63,168 nt of DNA, filler included, from Chiloscyllium plagiosum (GCF_004010195.1; 5 parts of one record of this genome joined end to end with filler, not necessarily neighbours in it); one strand, 5' to 3'; counted from the whole stretch's first letter, positions 36,271 through 49,550 are shown. The notes: a model not told the origin generated them from the sequence alone. Numbers and translations are program-made.

Positions 36271-38335
36271 TTTATATTGTTCTGACATTGCTGCCTGACC
36301 CAGTAAGTGTTTCAAAAGTATTTTTTGCCTTTATTTGTAATTCTCATCCTTGTGCTCAAATTCCTTTACTGCAATCTCTAATCTCCTTTCGTCTTACAAC
36401 TTTCAGAATGTTCCACGCCTTCAACTTTAGCTCTCAAGAGTCCTCCCTTCACTATTGGCAGCAGTGCCTCCAGCTATCTCAGCTCTCACTTTGGAACTGC
36501 CTCCTTAACTTATATGCTCTCTTGACCCAGGTTTTGGTCACTGCAGAATGGCCAATTTATGGGTGTAAAACCCAGACCACAGCCAGTCTCAGACATTCAG
36601 TGATGACATCTTCCAAACTGTGCTCAGTCATGAAATATCCTTCAAAACACTGGCCTTTTCACAGTCACAGCAATTGTTTAATACCCATTAAACCACTGCT
36701 GCCAGATAACTACTTTTTCAGATATATTATACTTCTTTTCTTCACACATCCCAAACAATACAACTTATACAGCAGAATAATTCCCAAAACAGTTACTGGC
36801 AAGGAAGCATGCCACTTACTAATGTTTTTCTTGAAGCTGCAGTTCCCCAGCAGAAAGTACTGCATCTCACACTGACAGAATGCATGTCTGGGTTTTCTTA
36901 GTTAAGTGCTGATCTTGTTTCTGTCATTGGTGGTCATTGCCAATGGAGGTGAGATACTTTCCCACAGGCAGCAAGGAGAAAAACAATACAAAATGCCTTC
37001 CTGCAATACTTCTATTTCAAGAGATGCCATCCCATTACTCTGTGCACACAGGGGTAGACATGCCACCCTAAACACTGCCTTGCCTTCTCTGACTTGAAAA
37101 ACAGAAGGAGAGAGAATAGTCTGCAATCTTAGCTCTGTCAGCAACTCTCTCAGTGGGTCATGGTAGGATGCAACCTGCAAGTGGTCTTGATCGATGTGCT
37201 AGTAGGCAGAAAGTGTGCTTTAAAGCAGTTTTTTATTCCCTACAACATAACTCAAACATCGTTCAGAATCTATGGAATATACACACACACAGACACACAC
37301 TTCCAGTGAAATCATAAGCAAGAGGAGGACCAGGCTGCAAAGATTTTTAAGCAGAGACAATTTAGACCTTTTTAATCACAGGACAAAGAAATATAAGTTT
37401 TGTACATTAAAATCTCAAAAGGAACATGTTCAGCAAACACTTATTGCACATTCAACAGCACATTCCCATGCACTCTTCACACTTACAAAACCTCTTACAG
37501 ATGAAGAGATACTATCTCATTACGGTTATCCTTCCAATTAGCAACAGTCAAGGTTTAGGTTCTGCTCCCTGTATCTAAAGCAGCTACCAATAAAAGACCT
37601 GCTTTACAACTTGCAATATTTGCTTGTCGGCTCTATTTTAGTAATCCCCGTTTTGCTAACGACAGGGTAAAATCCTTCAGTTGTGAAAACAGTCTCAGTC
37701 ATGGTTCTCTCTGGGGCCTGGGAACGGTTCCACATGCAAAACAACCTATCAGCGTTATTTATTTATGGGCAAGAAAGAATCAATACAACAGCTCCATTTA
37801 GCATTAAGAAAATTAGATCAATAGGCTGTTTTTGCCACAACTCACACTTACTTCCTGTAGTGAAGGACTGTGCAATTGCAGCATGACATTCCCTTACTAC
37901 CATGGCATCTTGGTTAGCAGCATGTATTACACTCCCTGGTGGGAAAATGCACTGTGTGGAGTGAAATCAAATTATAGCAACCACAAATAACCTCAAAATG
38001 GACTGGTGACAAACAATGAATTAGCTACTTTCAGCCAGTTAGAAAGTATACAACTGGACTGGAGGAAAAAAAAGGTTTTGTTGAACAAAATCAGAGAAAT
38101 GGTACCCTCTGAGAGGAAAGTCCTCCACCTATGTCTTAAATGTGTGATCCTTCATTCTGAGATGATGCCCTCTGGTCCTAAACCCTCCCACATGGGGAAA
38201 CAACCTTTCTGCACCTGCTTTGTCAAGTCCTCTCAGAATCTATGTTTCAGTAAGGTCACCTCAGTCATTTATTCCAACCAGTACAGACCCAAACTACTCA
38301 ACCCCTCCTCATAAGACATCCCTCTATAGGTGGAC

Positions 38336-39960
38336 AACATTAAAAATCACACAACACCAGGTTATAGTCCAACAGGTTTATTTGGAAGTGGGGCTGTATC
38401 ACAGGACACAGAATTTATAGTAAAAGGTCAAAGTATCATACAACTAATGCGATGTATTGAACAAACCTAGATTGTTAAGTCTTAATCACTTCAAATCGGT
38501 TGCAGATTTCGATTCATTAATATGTAAATCCCAGAACCTCTTTCAAGTCACAGTCCTAAGATATCTTAAGGTTTTATTTTTTAAAAAGTGACATCTCAGC
38601 TCAGTCAACGCATTAAAGGCATGAGGTTAGAATCTGTCTGTATTCCAACCTTGAGACAGACTGTTCTATTTCTAAAGTAGGAATTTATAAAATGTCACGT
38701 AAATTGATGCCTACAGATTGTACGCTTTTTGAACAAAATAAAATGTATCTACAAATATAAATCTGCAAATGCAAATTCACCCCAAAGACTTATGATAATG
38801 TGGGTGTGTACGTGTGTGTGTGTGAGCAAGAGAGACAGAGAGAGAAAGGGAGAGTGTGTGTATTGGGGGGGGTGGTGAAGAGAGGGATAGAGTGTGTGAG
38901 CTTGTGTGCATGTGCGTGTGAGGTTGGGTATGTGTGCGTGTGTGTGTGTGTGTGTGTGCGTGTGCGCGAGTGTGATGGAGTATATGCCTGTGAGAAAGTG
39001 TGCACGTGAGTATGAGTGTGGGGGTGAGTGAGTCTGACAGACTGAGTGTATGAGAGCAGGTCTACATAAGTGTGTAACAGTAGGTGTTGTGTGTGAGAGT
39101 GTATAGTGTAGTGGGGTTACCTGTAGTGTGACATGAACCAATGCAATCCTCACGGGTACCAAACTTGGCTATCAGCATCTGCTCAGCCACTTTACGTTAT
39201 TGCCTGTCCCAAAGTCTGCCTTGGAGGATGGTCATCCGAAAATCTGAGGTCAAATGTCCTTGACCGCTGAAGTGTTCCCCAACTGGGAGGGAGCATCCCT
39301 GTCTGTTGTAGGGTGTCCATTCATCTGTTGTCATAGCAGCTGCTTGGTCTCCCCAATGTACCATGCCTCAGGACATTCTTGCCTGCAGTGTACGAAATAG
39401 ACAACATTGGACGAGTCATACGAGTACCTGCTGTGTACATGGCGGCTGGTGTCCCCACGTGTAATGGTGGTATCCATGTCAATACTCTGACACATCTTGC
39501 CGTGACAGGGTTGTACAGTGTCGTGGTCGATGTTGTCCTGAAGGCCAGGCAGTTTGCTGTGAACAATGGTCTGTTTAAGGTTTGGCGGTTGTTTAAAGGT
39601 GAGCAGTGGAAGCCGAGAGACGATCTTGGCGAGGTGCTCATCCTCATAAATAATGCACTGCTGGCTGTGAAGAACATGGTGCAGTTTCAGCGCTCCTGGG
39701 AAGTACTGGACAACAAACGGTGCCTATTAGTTGTACCCCTTGTCTGTCTCCTGAGTAGAGCATTATGGTTTCTCGCTGTGACACATCGGAATTGGCGATC
39801 AATGAGTTAAGCATAGTATCCTATTCTTAATAAGGTGTCCTTTAGCACCTTCAGGTGTCCGTCCTGTTCATCCTCATCTGAACAGATCCTGTGTATGCGT
39901 AGGGCTTGTCCATCGGGGATGGCTGTTTTAATATGTTTCGGGAGGAAATTCAAGAAGTGA
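38336..39960 (-). mobile_element. Neptune-type PLE (second family): RT C-terminus, Cys linker, GIY-YIG and 3' region with (CA)n
   Basis: HIKTAIPDGQALRIHRICSDE; VQPCHGKMCQSI; SNVVYFVHCRQECPEAWYIGETKQLL. GT-rich microsatellite at about 38800-39120. Terminus aaataaacctgttggactataacctggtgttgtgtgattttt. Confidence 0.88.
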
Positions 39961-40409
39961 GGTTACCCATGGGTCTGGTTATCCTTGGGCCTGTGGTATA
40001 TGAGCCATGAGAAGCTTCTCTGCACTGCCTCCTGAGGAAAATTAGCCAAAACTATTCAGAGTATTTCATCTGTGGACTGACTAGTGCCTTGTGTAGTTTT
40101 AGCAAGAGCTCCCTATTTTTACACTACACTCCTTTCGAAATAAGGGTCAACATTCCATTGGCACCCCCTATTACTCACTGACTTGGATGCTAGCTTCTTT
40201 GTGATTTATGCAGAAGGACTCCCGAATCCCTCTGTGCTGTAGCTTTATGCAGTCTTTCCCCATTCAAGTAATATTCAGGTTCTCTATTCATCATGCTGAG
40301 TGCATAACCTCATGTTTTTCCACACTATATTTCATCTGCCAACTTTCTGCCCATTTGCTTAATTTGTCTGCATCTCTCTCTAGACTGCTGTATTCCTCAC
40401 CAAGTGCAC

Positions 40410-40750
40410 CATGACGGCCAGAGATAAGTTGAACAGCAAAGGTATTTTCCCTGGAGTAGGGGAGTTCAAATGTCGAGGATTTTTTAAGATGAGAGGAGAA
40501 AGATTTAAAAGGGAATGATGGGGCAACTTTTTCATACAGAGACTGGTTCAGATGCAGAATGAACTGTCAGAGGAAGTAGTAGATACAGGTGCAATTCCAA
40601 CATTTAAAAGACATGTGAACAGACACCTACAAAAAGATCTAGAGGGATACGGGCCAAGCACAGGCAAATGGAACTAGTTTAGTTTGGGAAACATGGTCAG
40701 CATGGACGAGTTGAATTGAAGGATCTGTGTCCATGCTGACTCAATGAGTC
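40410..40750 (+). mobile_element. CR1 3' fragment
   Basis: gggcaacttttt...cagcatggacgagttg...tgactcaatga tail. Confidence 0.8.
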
Positions 40751-42474
40751 TGAACGAGGCAGGATTTTTTTAGCTTCTGGCAGTTTTGGAAATGGAGTCC
40801 AACAGCTACAAAGCTTTGCACCTTTGAGTTCCACGGCTTCATTCATGCCACAGATTGTTTGCTCATAAATCAGATGGGGGCTGATAAGACTACCTACGGA
40901 TCCAAGCAGTGGGTAGCCCATTGTCCCAGTTAAAGGCCTGTTTAGATCAGTCAGCAATTTGCCGAGTTGATCCTGCAGCCTTTCTCTGCCTACAACACAG
41001 GGACTACAGCAATTCAACAAAGCAGCTCATCACCACTTTCTCAAGAGCAAAGAGGAAAAGGTAATAAATGCTGACCCAGCCAGTAATGCCGTCATCCCAC
41101 AAGTGAATTTAAAAAAAGGATGAATTACACTTCTATACTGGTTGAGAAATTTAATAAAAACATCTTCACCAGCCCAATATTGTTCAGTTCTACAGACCAG
41201 ATATGCTAGGTATAAAAACTGCACAATTCACCCGTACATATCAGAACTAGAGAAATTAACAAGGGTACTTAGTCAAAGTTACCATCAACCCTGTTGTGTT
41301 GGGTAAAGCTGTTTCTGCCATGATGTACCAACCAGGTAGGGAAAGGAGGATTCAAACAACCAAAAGAAAATTCCTTTCAATCCTTGTGTAAGGTTAGAAA
41401 CTCTTGAGAATAAGCTTATAAGTTAGTTGACAATTTGTAAAACAAATCTGGAACAACATCATTCTGTGTTCTATCGAATGGTCACTCAGGCTTAACCACA
41501 TGTTGCAAGGACCCTGCTCTTTTCAAAAGCCAAGGAGAGTGGCTTTAGAACATTGAAGATAGAACAATACAGCGCAGAACACGCCCTTCGGCCCTCGATG
41601 TTGCGCCAACCTGTGAACTAATCTAAGTCCATCCCCCCTACACTATCCCATCATCATCCATGTGCTTATCCAAGGATTGCTTAAATCTCCCTAATGCTGC
41701 TGAGTTAACAGCACTGGCAGGCAGGGAATTCCACGCCCTTACCACTCTCTGAGTAAAGAATTTGCCTCTGACATCTGTCTTAAATCCATCCCTCTTCAAT
41801 TTGTAGTTATGCCCCCTCATACAAGCTGATGTCATCATCCTAGAAAAATGACTTTCACTGTCTACCCTACCTAACCCTCTGATTCTCTTGTATGTCTCTT
41901 ATCTAATCCCCTCTTAGCCTCCTTATCTCCAATGAGAACAGACCCAAGTCTCTCAGCCTTTCCTCATAAGGCCTTCCTTCCAGACTGGGCAACATCCTGG
42001 GACATCTCCTCTGCACCTTTTCCAATGCTTCCACATCCTTCCCGAAATATGGCGACCAGAACTGTACGCAATATTCCAAATGCGGCCGCACTAGCATTTT
42101 CTACAGTTGCAGCATGATATTGTGACTCCAGAACTACCAAAAAAAACCTAACACACCGTATGGCTCCTTAACAGCACTATCAACCTGGGTGGCAACTTTC
42201 AGGGATCTACGTACATGGACTCCAAGATCCCTCTGCACATCCACACGACCAAGAACCTTGCCACTGACCCAGTATTCTGCCTTCTTGTTATTCTTCCCAA
42301 AGTACATCACCTCACATTTAGCTGCATTGAACTCCATTTGCCACATCTCAACCCAATTCTGCAGTTTATCTAAGTCCCCCTGCAACCTGTAACATTCTTC
42401 CACACTGTCCACTACTTCACTGACTTTAGTGTTATCTGCAAACTTACTAACCAATCACCCATGCCTGCATTTAA

Positions 42475-42635
42475 GAGAAAGTGAGGACTGCAGATGCTGG
42501 AGATCAGAGCTGAAAAATGTGTTGCTGGAAAAGCACAAGAATCTGAAGAAGGGCTTATGCCCGAAACATAGATTCTCCTGCTCCTTTGATGCTGCCTGAC
42601 TTGCTGCGCTTTTCCAGCAACACATTTTTCAGCTC
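42475..42635 (+). mobile_element. Miniature hairpin PLE with a hammerhead motif in the loop
   Basis: Perfect 28-bp inverted repeat 42507-42534 / 42608-42635. TSD CATGCCTGC(A/G)TTTAA at 42460-42474 and 42635-42649. Confidence 0.88.
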
Positions 42636-43830
42636 ATGCCTGCGTTTAAATCATTTATAAAAATGACAAACAGCAGTGGTCCCAAAACAGATCCTTGTGG
42701 CACATCACTAATAACCGCACTCCAGGCTGAATATTTTCCATCAACCACCACTCGCTTACAGAAAGCCAGTTTCTGATCCAAACTGCCACATCACCCTCAA
42801 TCCCATTCCTCTACAATTTTCTCCAACAGCCTACCGTGTGGAACCTTATCAAAGGCTTTACTCAAGTCCATGTACACCATGTCAACTGCCCTACCCTTAT
42901 GCACATGTTTGGTCACCTTCTCAAAAACTCAATGAGGTTTGTGAGGCACGACCTGCTCTTGACGAAACCATGCTAACTGGGCACAACATTTGCAATCCTC
43001 CAGTTCTCTGGTACTAAACCTGTAGACAACGCAAAGATCAAAGCCAAAGGCTCCAACACCTCCTCAATAGCTTCCAGAGAATCCTCGGATAATCCCATCC
43101 GGTCCAGGGGGCTTGTATACTTTCACTCCTTCTAGAACTGATAACACCTCTTCCTCACTAACCTCGATCGTTTCTAATCTAATATCTCGTATCTCATTCT
43201 TCACCTCTACAATATTCTCCCTTTCCTGAGTGAAAACCAATGAGAAATATTCATTTAGCACGTCTTCAATCTCCACAGGGTCCACATACAACTTCTCACT
43301 TCTGTCCTTGACTGGCCCTATTCCTACCCTAGTCATCCTTTTATTCCTGACATTCGTATAGAAAGCTTTAGGGTTCTCCTTCATTCTATTTGCTGAAGAC
43401 TGCTTGTGTCCTCTCTTTGCTCTTCTTAACTCTCTCTTTAAATCCTTCCTAGCTGATCTGTAACTCTCCATCGCCTCATCTGAATCACCTTGTCTCATCA
43501 ACACAAAGCCTCCTTCTTCCACTAAACAAGGGAGATACAATTTCTGTAGTAAACCACAGTTCTCTTACCGTATCACCTCCTCCCTACCTGACAGGGACAT
43601 ACCTATCAAGCACAGGCAATATCTGTTCCTTAAACCAGCTCCACATTTCCACTGTCCCCATCCCCTGCATTTTGCTACCCCATTCTATGCATCTTAATTC
43701 TTGCCTAATTGCATTATAATTCCCCTTTCCCCATCGATAACTCTTGCCCTGTGGCATGTACCTATCCCTTTCAATTGCTAAACATAACTGAACTATGATC
43801 ATTTTCTGCAAAGTGCTCCCCTACCACTAT

Positions 43831-45133
43831 GGGCTCCAGCTATGCCACGAAAGGAGTAGCCATGGGCACCCGCATGGGCCCCAGCTATGCCTGCCTCTTT
43901 GTAGGATATGTGGAACAGTCCATCTTCCGCAACTACACTGGCCCCAATCCCCACCTTTTCCTCTGCTACATCGATGACTCTATCGGCGCCACCTCATGCT
44001 CCCACGAGGAGGTTGAACAGTTCATCCACTTCACCAACACCTTCCACCCCGACCTCAAATTCACCTGGACAGTCTCAGATTCCTCCCTCCTCTTCCTCGA
44101 TCTTTCTATTTCTATCTCAGGCGACCGAATCAACACGGACATCTACTACAAACCGACCGACTCCCACAGCTACCTGGACTACACCTCCTCCCATCCTGCC
44201 CCCTGTAAAAACGCCATCCCATTCTCCCAATTCCTTCGACTCCGCCGCATCTGCTCCCAGGATGACCAGTTCCAAAAACACACATCCCAGATGGCCTCCT
44301 TCTTCAAGGACCGCAATTTCACCCCCGACGTGGTCGACGATGCCCTCCACCACATCTCTTCCACTTCCCGATCCTCNNNNNNNNNNNNNNNNNNNNNNNN
44401 NNNNNNNNNNNNNNNNNNNNNNNNNNNNNNNNNNNNNNNNNNNNNNNNNNNNNNNNNNNNNNNNNNNNNNNNNNNNNNNNNNNNNNNNNNNNNNNNNNNN
44501 NNNNNNNNNNNNNNNNNNNNNNNNNNNNNNNNNNNNNNNNNNNNNNNNNNNNNNNNNNNNNNNNNNNNNNNNNNNNNNNNNNNNNNNNNNNNNNNNNNNN
44601 NNNNNNNNNNNNNNNNNNNNNNNNNNNNNNNNNNNNNNNNNNNNNNNNNNNNNNNNNNNNNNNNNNNNNNNNNNNNNNNNNNNNNNNNNNNNNNNNNNNN
44701 NNNNNNNNNNNNNNNNNNNNNNNNNNNNNNNNNNNNNNNNNNNNNNNNNNNNNNNNNNNNNNNNNNNNNNNNNNNNNNNNNNNNNNNNNNNNNNNNNNNN
44801 NNNNNNNGGGTCGGCCGGGGCAGTCAGGTTTGTGGATTTTGGGCAGGAGGTAGAAACGGGCAGTGCGGGGTTGTGGGACTATGAGGTTGGAGGTGGTGGA
44901 TGGGAGATCCCCCGAGGTGATGAGGTTATGGACGGTCTGGGAGATAATGGTTTGTTTGTAGTACCTATCACATTTCCGACGCCCCTCCCCCAAGTCCCTC
45001 CTCCCTACCTTTTATCTTAGCCTGCTGGACAAACTTTCCTCATTCCTGAAGAAGGGCTTATGCCCGAAACGTCGATTCTCCTGTTCCCTGGATGCTGCCT
45101 GACCTGTTGCGCTTTTCCAGCAACACATTTTCA
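43831..45133 (+). mobile_element. 5'-truncated, rearranged PLE (RT, inverted N-terminal RT piece, pLTR)
   Basis: GVAMGTRMGPSYACLF...CYIDDSI...FLDLSI...YYKPTDSHSYL. Minus-strand FYLLPKIHK piece at 44808-44960. Perfect 16-bp TSD GCTCCCCTACCACTAT at 43815-43830 and 45134-45149. Confidence 0.92.
45046..45073 (+). ncRNA. Minimal type I hammerhead ribozyme motif (PLE-associated)
   Basis: CTGAAGA-A-GGGC-TTAT-GCCC-GAAAC-GTC. Confidence 0.7.
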
Positions 45134-46393
45134 GCTCCCCTACCACTATATCAAACACCTGGCCTGGTTCATTACCAAGCACCAGATCCAGTGTGGTCTC
45201 CTGTCTTGTCGGACTTTCTACATACTGTATTAGGAAACCCTCCTGCACACATTGGACAAAAACTGATCCATCCAACGTATTTGATCATTTGTATCATGTT
45301 GCACAGAACAAGCAAGTAATTAATACACTGCTAAATAATTTCCTGAGTGGGTACTGCAGAAACCACCAGCCTCAAACTTCTTCACTTGAACTGCCCACAT
45401 GACACAGACTGGGAGCGGGGAGGATGGACGGACAATTAGACAACTCTGTGCTAGCTACAAACCAGCACGAAAAGGAAGCTATAAACAGGCTGTATGTTAA
45501 GCCCTTCATCTGGAAATGGACAGAAAAAGAGAAGAAAATGAGATGGAGGAGAAAAAAAGAAAAATGTACCGCGAGTATTATGCTGGGAAAGCATCATAAT
45601 GCTGTTCAGTGCAACAGGCCATTCAGCCCATGGTGTTGATGCCATTTCTGTGAAAGTACTTGACAATCACAAAAAACCCTGTTCTTTCGCCATTGTCTTG
45701 TAAAGTTTCCTTTCCAGGTATTTAGCTAAACTCCCTCAGAGAGTTGTTATTATGTCTGTTTTCAGAACAAAGAAATTAACAAATTCCCAAATGAATACTC
45801 CCCAACACTCAGTCGTTTGGTGCGTGTTTTTTTCTCTAAGGATAAATTGTTGTCACATATACTATAATGAGTACAATGATCCCCAAGGGGGAACAAATTG
45901 GATCCCCATTAAGTAGAGTGCTCAATTGCAACACTGGTGATGAGTATTTACAAGTAACTGGAGTGAATAACTCATTACAGTGCAGAAAGCAAAAGTGGTT
46001 CCAATTCAAATGTAATGATTGCTGAACACTGACTGCAAATGAATTGCAACATCATATAAACGTCTTTAAGGCCAGGAAACTTCATTGAGCAGCTGGGGTC
46101 AAAGCCAGCTATCTTCTTCCACAAGTGCAGCCCTCAAAGGAAGGAGCAAATTCCCCTGAATTCTTCCTTCTGTCTTCGATCCGTCAGCAATTGCCTGGTG
46201 TCCAGCTGTGTCTTCGCATCATGTTGCAGCTTTCAGCTATTTCCACTAAGCAGCTCATCTGTACCAAAGATGGATTTTACTCCAATTCAGGATCCATATA
46301 TCCCCAGGTTACAATTCAGCAATTGTTTTAAGTGGATGAAAATTGAAGAATGATTCACTTTAAACAATACAAGGTTTTATTCACTGTAAGGAA

Positions 46394-48856
46394 GTGAGGA
46401 CTGCAGATGCTGGAGATCAGAGCTTAAAAATGTGTTGCTGGAAAAGCGCAGCAGGTCAGGCAGCATCAAAGAGACAAGAGAATCGACGTTTCGGGCATAA
46501 GCCCTTCTTCAGGAATGAGGAGGGTGTGCCAAGCAGGGTAAGATAAAAGGTAGGGAGGAGGGACTTGGGGGAGGGGCGTTGGGAATACGATAGGTGGAAG
46601 GAGGTTAAGGTGAGGGTGATANNNNNNNNNNNNNNNNNNNNNNNNNNNNNNNNNNNNNNNNNNNNNNNNNNNNNNNNNNNNNNNNNNNNNNNNNNNNNNN
46701 NNNNNNNNNNNNNNNNNNNNNNNNNNNNNNNNNNNNNNNNNNNNNNNNNNNNNNNNNNNNNNNNNNNNNNNNNNNNNNNNNNNNNNNNNNNNNNNNNNNN
46801 NNNNNNNNNNNNNNNNNNNNNNNNNNNNNNNNNNNNNNNNNNNNNNNNNNNNNNNNNNNNNNNNNNNNNNNNNNNNNNNNNNNNNNNNNNNNNNNNNNNN
46901 NNNNNNNNNNNNNNNNNNNNNNNNNNNNNNNNNNNNNNNNNNNNNNNNNNNNNNNNNNNNNNNNNNNNNNNNNNNNNNNNNNNNNNNNNNNNNNNNNNNN
47001 NNNNNNNNNNTTACGGAATGCTGATAGGGGAGGGGAGGGAAATATATCCTTGGTGGTGGGGTTGTTTGGAGGTGGCGGAAATGACGAAGGATGATCCGAT
47101 GCATCTGGAGGTTGGTGGGGTGGTAGGTGAGGACCAGTGGGGTTATGTCCTGGTGGCGATTGGAGGGCGGGGTTCAAGGGCAGAGGAGCGGGAAGTGGAG
47201 GAGATGCGGTGGAGAGCATCGTCAACCACGCCTGAGGGGAAATTGCGGTCTTTGAAGAAGGAGGCCATCTGGGTTGTTCGGTATTGGAATTGGTCCTCCT
47301 GGGAGCAGACGCGCCACCGAACTTGACACGGTCCTGTCCCCCTTAGTCCAAGAACTCCCCACCTACATTCGGGACACCACCCACGCCTCCTCCATGATTT
47401 TCGCTTCCCTGGCACCCAACGCCTTATCTTCAGCATGGACATCCAGTCCCTATACACCTCCATCCACCATCACCTCAAAACCCTCCGCTTCTTCCTTTCC
47501 CGCCGAACCAACCAGTACTCTTCCACTGACACCCTCCTTCGACTGAACTGGTCCTCACTCTGAACAACTTCTCTTTCCAATCCTCCCACTTCCTCCAAAC
47601 CAAAGGAGTAGCCACGGGCACCCGCATGGGCCCCAGCTATGCCTGCCGCTTTGTAGGATATGTGGAACAGTCCATCTTCCGCAGCTACACTGGCACCACC
47701 CCCCACCTTTTCCTCCGCTACATCGAGGACTGTATCGGCGCTAGTTCGTGCTCCCACAAGGAGGTTGAACAGTTCATCCACTTTACTAACACCTTCCACC
47801 CCAACCTCAAATTTAACTGGACCATCTCAGACTCCTCCCTCCCCTTCCTAGACCTCTCCATTTCTATCTGGGATGACCGACTCAACACGGACGTTTACTA
47901 TAAACCGACTGACTCCCACAGCTACCTAGATTACACCTCCTCCCACCCTGCCCCCTGTAAAAATGCCATCCCATATTCCCAAATCCTTTGCCTTCACTGC
48001 ATCTGCTCCCAGGAGGACCAATTCCAATACCAAACAACCCAGATGGCCTCCTCTTTCAAAGACCGCAATTTCCCCTCAGATGTGGTTGACGATGCTCTCC
48101 ACCACATCTCCTCCACTTCCCGCTCCTCCGCCCTTGAACCCCGCCCCTCCAATCGCCACCAGGACAGAACCCCACTGGTCCTCATCTTCCACCCCACCAA
48201 CCTCCAGATACATTGGATCATCCTTCGTCATTTCCGCCACCTCCAAACGGAACCCACCACCAAGGATATATTTCCCTCCCCTCCCCTATCAGCATTCCGT
48301 AAAGACCAGTCCCTCCGTGACTCCCTCGTCAGATCCACACCCCCCACCAACCCAACCTCCACTCCCGGCACCTTCCCCTGCAACNNNNNNNNNNNNNNNN
48401 NNNNNNNNNNNNNNNNNNNNNNNNNNNNNNNNNNNNNNNNNNNNNNNNNNNNNNNNNNNNNNNNNNNNNNNNNNNNNNNNNNNNNNNNNNNNNNNNNNNN
48501 NNNNNNNNNNNNNNNNNNNNNNNNNNNNNNNNNNNNNNNNNNNNNNNNNNNNNNNNNNNNNNNNNNNNNNNNNNNNNNNNNNNNNNNNNNNNNNNNNNNN
48601 NNNNNNNNNNNNNNNNNNNNNNNNNNNNNNNNACCTCTCCGCCCCCACCCCCTCTCCAGCCTATCACCCTCACCTTCACTTCCTTCCACCTATCATTCCC
48701 AATGCCCCTCCCCCAAGTCCCTCCTCCCTACCTTTTATCTTACCCTGCTTGGCACACCCTCCTCATTCCTGAAGGGCTTATGCCCGAAATGTCGATTCTC
48801 CTGCTCCTTTGATGCTGCCTGACCTGATGCGCTTTTCCAGCAACACATTTTTAAGC
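46394..48856 (+). mobile_element. PLE insertion with a long inverted 5' arm (inverted pLTR and tail), Neptune-type
   Basis: RT ORF 47626-48384 ends in PGTFPCN. Left arm 46410-47305 is the reverse complement of about 48003-48856. 18-bp TSD TTTATTCA(C/T)TGTAAGGAA at 46376-46393 and 48857-48874. Confidence 0.93.
46485..46512 (-). ncRNA. Minimal type I hammerhead ribozyme motif
   Basis: Reverse complement CTGAAGAAGGGCTTATGCCCGAAACGTC. Confidence 0.7.
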
Positions 48857-49079
48857 TTTATTCATTGTAAGGAAACATTTATACTTAAACACAGCTAATC
48901 CGTCCGCTTTAGACTATTTAACAATTTATTAACACTTGCTGCTCCAGAAACCTGTAAATATATTCAGGAGTTTAGCATTCAGAAAGAAGAGAAAAGGAGG
49001 TGATTGACCAAATGTCAGAGAGACGTAATTGATTCATTATGACACAGGAGAAGGCCATTTGGCCAATCAGGTCTGCTCT

Positions 49080-49550
49080 AGAATCATAGAGATGTACAGC
49101 ATGGAAACAGACCCTTCGCTCCAACCCATCCATGCCGACCAGATATCCCAACCCAATCTAGTCACACCTGCCAGCACCTGTCCCATATCCCTCCAAACCC
49201 TTTCTGTTCATATACCCATCCAGATGTCTTTTAAATGTTGCAATTGTACCAGCCTCCACCACTTCCTCTGGCAGCTCATTCCATACACGCACCACACTCT
49301 GCGTGAAAAAGTTGCCCATTAGGTCTCATTTATATCTTTCCCCTCTCACCTAAACCTATGCCTTTTAGTTCTGGACTCCACCACCCCAGGAAAATGACCT
49401 TGTCTATTTATGCTATCCATGCCCCTCATGATTTTATAAAACCATATAAGGTCATCCCTGAGCCTCCGACGGTCCAGGGAAAACAACCCCAGCCTATTCA
49501 ACCTCTCCCTATAGCTCAAATCCTCCAACCCTGGCAACATCCTTGTAAAT
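49080..49550 (-). mobile_element. Young CR1/HER1 3' fragment
   Basis: MLPGLEDLSYRERLNRLGLFSLDRRRLR and tail. Confidence 0.93.

Larger units (their letters stand above)
41547..45275 (-). mobile_element. CR1 ORF2 (EN to RT to 3' end), disrupted, hosting two PLE insertions
   Basis: QEGFLIQYVESPTRQETTLDLVLGNEPGQV (EN); KENPKAFY; SKFADNTK (RT); [29 protein letters not shown]. Confidence 0.92.

Noticed and set aside
36288..36875. 195-aa ORF with TTG start
   Set aside because: Begins in a pLTR fragment, continues through probable decayed LINE and AT-rich sequence, and has no motif or splice support.
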